Shown one piece after another: positions 60,353 through 64,000 of a DNA stretch of 64,000 nucleotides. The DNA lies in the IMG/VR virus record IMGVR_UViG_2832410175_000003, positions 64,001 to 128,000 of that record; one strand, given 5' to 3'. Origin of the DNA: a virus. Taxonomy: Duplodnaviria; Caudoviricetes. Below the pieces are notes generated by a model. It was not told the origin of the DNA, searched no databases, and was given only the letters and a program-made list of their open reading frames with translations. Numbering within the stretch: the stretch's first letter is position 1; every line of letters begins with the position of its first letter. A program made the position numbers and the translations under genes.

Positions 60353-61394
60353 GGAAATGCTGTCCCCGGAGGAACAGTACGCGCAGCTTGCACCGACGCT
60401 GGACACAGACGGTTTCTCGCTGTATGCCGCCGCGGAAGAAGTCACCGGGCTCAAGGTCTGTGAGGAATTTCCCTATGAGGGTAACCGGGGAATGTTTGAG
60501 CTGGCAGCCGGACACACGCTGCTGCGGTATCTGGAAGCGGCATACTTTGGGACCGTTACCTGGGAGATCGTCCCCGGCACACCCTATGAGCGTGCTATTC
60601 TCGGTGAAGTGGACAAAACCACACCGGAGTATCGCGCGTTTTATCAGAAGATCTGCGCGGGTGCAGCAGCGCACATCAAAAAACGTATTGGGAAGGAGAC
60701 ACAGAATGTGAAGGAACCGATCTCAGAGATCAACAAAGAATCCTTCTGGGACCTGATCCATGAGGCAAAAAACGCCTGCGGGCAGGACATGGATGCCATG
60801 CTGGCCTATCTGAAAGACCGGCTGGTTTCTATGGGCCCCACGCAGGCGCAGAATTTTCACGACATCATCCACGCCTATGAAGATCTCGCGGACAAGTTCG
60901 GCTTGTGGGACGCGGCAGGGATCATGAAGGAATACGGCTGCAGCGATGATGGGTTTATCGACTTCCGCGCCTGGCTCATCGCACAGGGGCGCGAGGTCTA
61001 TTTTGCCGCGCTGGCAGACCCGGACAGCCTTGCAGATGTCGTTCCCTACGGCGATTGCTGCTTTGAGCAGTTGAGCTATGTCGGGGACTATGCCTACGAG
61101 CAGCTCACTGGGAAAAGCGCCTATGATCAGACAGATTGGAGCGCATATGAAGCTCTTTTGATGAAGCTGGAACAAGATATCGTCTATAAGGACGGCATCG
61201 AGTTTCCCAGAGAGGGCGCGGATCTGAAGAAATATCTGCCCCGGCTCTGCGCGAAGCATCCGGAGTGGGACGGTCAAACGCGCTGGAATCTGCAGCTGAA
61301 GGAGATCCGGGATCTGATCCATGCCGGAAAGGACTATGACCGACGCCAGACATCAAATAAGAAGAAACGCAGCCGTGGAGGTGAGGCAAGATGA
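60339..61394 (+). CDS. DUF4240-domain protein
   Basis: FWDLI, CSDDGFIDFRAWLIAQG..DPDSL. Confidence 0.8.
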   Translation: MEQHEEMLSPEEQYAQLAPTLDTDGFSLYAAAEEVTGLKVCEEFPYEGNRGMFELAAGHTLLRYLEAAYFGTVTWEIVPGTPYERAILGEVDKTTPEYRAFYQKICAGAAAHIKKRIGKETQNVKEPISEINKESFWDLIHEAKNACGQDMDAMLAYLKDRLVSMGPTQAQNFHDIIHAYEDLADKFGLWDAAGIMKEYGCSDDGFIDFRAWLIAQGREVYFAALADPDSLADVVPYGDCCFEQLSYVGDYAYEQLTGKSAYDQTDWSAYEALLMKLEQDIVYKDGIEFPREGADLKKYLPRLCAKHPEWDGQTRWNLQLKEIRDLIHAGKDYDRRQTSNKKKRSRGGEAR

Positions 61395-62317
61395 GCGAGT
61401 CCATGATTGTTGGTGTTGACCACGGCTATGCCGCTATGAAAACGGCCCATTTCTCGTTCCCCTCCGGTCTGGTGGCATATGAGCATGAGCCATATACGCT
61501 GAAGGACGTGCTGGAATACGGCGGAAAGTTCTATGTGGTAGGCAGCGGGCGGCAGGCGCTGCAGAAGAACAAAACGCGTACAGAGGATTATTACCTCCTC
61601 ACGCTGGCCGCTATCGCAAAGGAGCTCTCCTTCCGTCATGCGGAGCCTGCGGCAGAGATCCATCTGGCGGCCGGACTGCCCCTCACCAGCTTTGGACGGG
61701 AGAAAAACGCATTCCGGGACTATCTGCTCCGAGATGGGAAAACGGTGAATTTCCGCTATGAAGGACAGGACTACTCCATCGTCATCCGTAAGGTGTCACT
61801 GTTCCCGCAGGGCTATGCCGCAGTCTTGACCCAGAGCATCCTGCTGGATGAGCCTTCTGTGATCGTGGCGGATATCGGTGGATGGACCGTGGATCTGATG
61901 CGCCTGGACAACCGTATTCCCAATGCATCGACCTGCCGCAGTCTGGAACTTGGCATGATCCGCTGTCTGGATGAGATCGGCGAGCAGATCCGCCGCACGC
62001 TGGGCCTGTCTATGACGGCGGCACAGATGGAAAGCGTGCTGCGCGGCGATGCTGTCCATATCAACGAGGATGCCAGAAAAATTATTGACCGGCAGGCAGA
62101 CGCCTATGTCCATCGCCTGCTCTCCGCCATTACGGAGAGCGGACTGGATACCCGTGCCATGCCTGCTGTTTTTCTGGGCGGCGGCGCGGCGCTGCTGAAG
62201 CGGAATGTATCCGCTGCGGACGGCCTTTGCCGCCCAGTCATCCTTGACGATGTATCCCTCAACGCCAAAGGCTATGAGCGGCTGGCAGAGCGGCTCACAA
62301 AGAACGATGAGCAGTAA
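61391..62317 (+). CDS. ParM/StbA actin-like ATPase
   Basis: GVDHGYAAMKT, AGLP, PQG, DIGGWTVD, GGGA. Confidence 0.88.
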   Translation: MSESMIVGVDHGYAAMKTAHFSFPSGLVAYEHEPYTLKDVLEYGGKFYVVGSGRQALQKNKTRTEDYYLLTLAAIAKELSFRHAEPAAEIHLAAGLPLTSFGREKNAFRDYLLRDGKTVNFRYEGQDYSIVIRKVSLFPQGYAAVLTQSILLDEPSVIVADIGGWTVDLMRLDNRIPNASTCRSLELGMIRCLDEIGEQIRRTLGLSMTAAQMESVLRGDAVHINEDARKIIDRQADAYVHRLLSAITESGLDTRAMPAVFLGGGAALLKRNVSAADGLCRPVILDDVSLNAKGYERLAERLTKNDEQ

Positions 62318-62609
62318 CAAAAAGCGGATCAATCTGTCATTTTCCATGTCCTCACCCATCCAGCGCAGGGCGTGGAAGAAGCTGACGGAGATTCCCGCAG
62401 GACAGCGCACCGCCGCGGTCTGCCGCATGGTCTGTGAGTATAAGGGACAGCAGGAATTGCTGGATGCCGTTCGCCAGACCATCCGGCAGGAACTGCGGGG
62501 TGCGCAGCTTACCAAAGAAGAAGCGCAGGATAGCGGCAGCGCCGTGGATGTAGATGAAAGCGTCCTCGGCTTTTTGCTTGCCCTGCAGGAAGGAGATGAG
62601 ATGACCTGA
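62307..62609 (+). CDS. ParR-like adaptor protein
   Basis: Small ORF overlapping the parM stop; KRINLSFS N-terminus. Confidence 0.6.
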   Translation: MSSNKKRINLSFSMSSPIQRRAWKKLTEIPAGQRTAAVCRMVCEYKGQQELLDAVRQTIRQELRGAQLTKEEAQDSGSAVDVDESVLGFLLALQEGDEMT

Positions 62610-63769
62610 TCCGATATTTTGATATGTTCGCCGGCATCGGCGGCTTCCGCACGGGATTGACCCGCGCGGGCGGTTTCCAGTGTGTAGGACACTGCGAGAT
62701 CGACAAATATGCCAATGCCAGCTATGAGGCCATTTATGAGCCGGGAAAGGAGGAACGATATTATCCCGATGCCACAAAAATCGACCCCGCAGATCTGCCG
62801 GACTTCGACCTTCTGTGCGGAGGATTCCCTTGTCAGGCATTTTCAATCGCTGGCAGAAGAAGGGGCTTTGACGATACCCGCGGCACTCTCTTCTTTGAAA
62901 TCGCCCGATTGGCTCAATCCAAACGACCTTCGTATCTTCTGCTCGAAAACGTTCCAGGACTGCTGTCGCATGACAAAGGCCGGACGTTTTCTGTCATCCT
63001 CGCCACGCTTAATGACCTGGGGTACCGCGTGGAATGGATGGTGCTTAACAGCAAACATTTTGGAGTCCCGCAATCCAGAAGGCGGCTGTTCCTTATCTGC
63101 TATCTTGATCCCCGATGCGCCGGAAAAATATTTCCTATCTTCGGCACAGGTGGAAAAGCTCTTATACAAGTCCTCGGAGGCTCGCAAGGCTCCCGTGTCT
63201 ACGACGCAGACGGAATAGCCTGCACGCAGACTGCCGGCGCTGGAGGTGTGGGCGGCAAAACAGGATTGTATATCATTCCGCAGGACAGACCCTTTGTGGA
63301 TCTATGTGCAGGGGAGGCGAGACAAACGGAGGCCGCCCGCTGTCTCACTGCCCGTTACGGTCAGACAACGCTGTCCAATCATAGAGCAGAGCGTTCCGGC
63401 GTTCTGCTCATCAAGGAAGCCACGAAAAAAGGCTATAAGGAGGCGAATCTCGGTGACAGCGTTGATCTCGGCTTTTCCGGGAGCAACACCCGCCGTGGTC
63501 GTGTGGGACAGGATATCGCACACACATTGGAGACGAGCTGTATCCAGGGCATCGTGGAACGTGGCGGACGCATCCGGCGTCTGATGCCGCGGGAGTGTCT
63601 GCGGCTCCAGGGCTTTGAGGAATGGCAGATCGACCGCATCCTCGCCATCCAGTCCGACGCACAGGCGTATAAGCAGGCAGGCAACAGCGTCACCGCCAAT
63701 GTCATTGAAGCCATCGGACGCCGTATCCGGGAGGTGGATGCGGAACTGAAAGCCGGTGCTGCCGCATGA
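62606..63769 (+). CDS. C5-cytosine DNA methyltransferase (probable CTG start)
   Basis: IRYFDMFAGIGG, GGFPCQ, ENV, QSRRR, RLQGF, GNS. Confidence 0.92.
   Translation: MIRYFDMFAGIGGFRTGLTRAGGFQCVGHCEIDKYANASYEAIYEPGKEERYYPDATKIDPADLPDFDLLCGGFPCQAFSIAGRRRGFDDTRGTLFFEIARLAQSKRPSYLLLENVPGLLSHDKGRTFSVILATLNDLGYRVEWMVLNSKHFGVPQSRRRLFLICYLDPRCAGKIFPIFGTGGKALIQVLGGSQGSRVYDADGIACTQTAGAGGVGGKTGLYIIPQDRPFVDLCAGEARQTEAARCLTARYGQTTLSNHRAERSGVLLIKEATKKGYKEANLGDSVDLGFSGSNTRRGRVGQDIAHTLETSCIQGIVERGGRIRRLMPRECLRLQGFEEWQIDRILAIQSDAQAYKQAGNSVTANVIEAIGRRIREVDAELKAGAAA
62970..63218 (+). CDS. Nested out-of-frame MTase beta-subunit-like protein
   Basis: CSLSAILIPDAPEKYFLS motif shared with the 19365-19778 product. 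Confidence 0.55.
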   Translation: MTKAGRFLSSSPRLMTWGTAWNGWCLTANILESRNPEGGCSLSAILIPDAPEKYFLSSAQVEKLLYKSSEARKAPVSTTQTE

Positions 63770-64000
63770 TCGGGCTGAAGGACCAGTGCTTCGGCGTGGA
63801 AGTGGAAATGACCGGCATCACCCGTGAACAGGCGGCAACAGCGCTGGCCGCGTATTTTGCAACGGACGCCCGCTATGTGGGCGGCGCTTACGATAAATGG
63901 TGTGTGACGGATCAGGACGGCAAAGAGTGGACGGTCATGAGCGACTCCAGCATCCACGGGGAGCAGAAGATCGGCAGCGGCTATCGTGCAACGGGTGACT
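63766..64000 (+). CDS. Putative amidoligase (partial, runs off window)
   Basis: FGVEVEM, W.VMSDSSI. Confidence 0.75.
   Translation, partial: MIGLKDQCFGVEVEMTGITREQAATALAAYFATDARYVGGAYDKWCVTDQDGKEWTVMSDSSIHGEQKIGSGYRATGD

Larger units (their letters stand above)
53490..64000 (+). mobile_element. Start of an ICE/IME-like element downstream of tRNA-Ala
   Basis: Higher GC; Toprim, SLH, SSB, ParB, ParM, MTase and amidoligase gene set typical of Clostridia conjugative elements; conjugation genes not in window. Confidence 0.7.

Overview
Firmicutes (Clostridia-like) chromosomal window made almost entirely of mobile DNA. ~1-51,150 is the right-hand part of a large temperate prophage (SPbeta-like organisation; no virion genes visible here). 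It carries arrays of small co-oriented ORFs, a RepA-type initiator with internal iterons and DnaA boxes, one intact and one catalytically degenerate tyrosine recombinase, a sigma factor, and a tRNA cluster. It also carries ADP-ribose- and RNA-repair-type accessory enzymes, a full replication/nucleotide module (SSAP, SSB, nuclease, DnaB, DnaG, DnaE, ThyX, NrdDG, dUTPase), two type I toxin-like loci and a xis-int module. Next come a decayed IS256, a tRNA-Ala(GGC) gene and, from ~53.5 kb, the start of an ICE/IME-like element (Toprim, SLH protein, SSB, ParB, ParM/ParR, C5-MTase, amidoligase). Main findings: (1) a circularly permuted phage C5 DNA methyltransferase whose middle 592 bp is inverted between perfect 13-bp inverted repeats and restores in frame when flipped, with a nested out-of-frame beta-subunit gene inside the flipped segment; (2) a tRNA-like RNA with no anticodon arm and other atypical tRNAs; (3) a 303-nt group I intron splitting nrdD; (4) a repeated promoter/operator next to a dead-recombinase repressor candidate. 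All calls come from reading the sequence by eye; no database searches were run.
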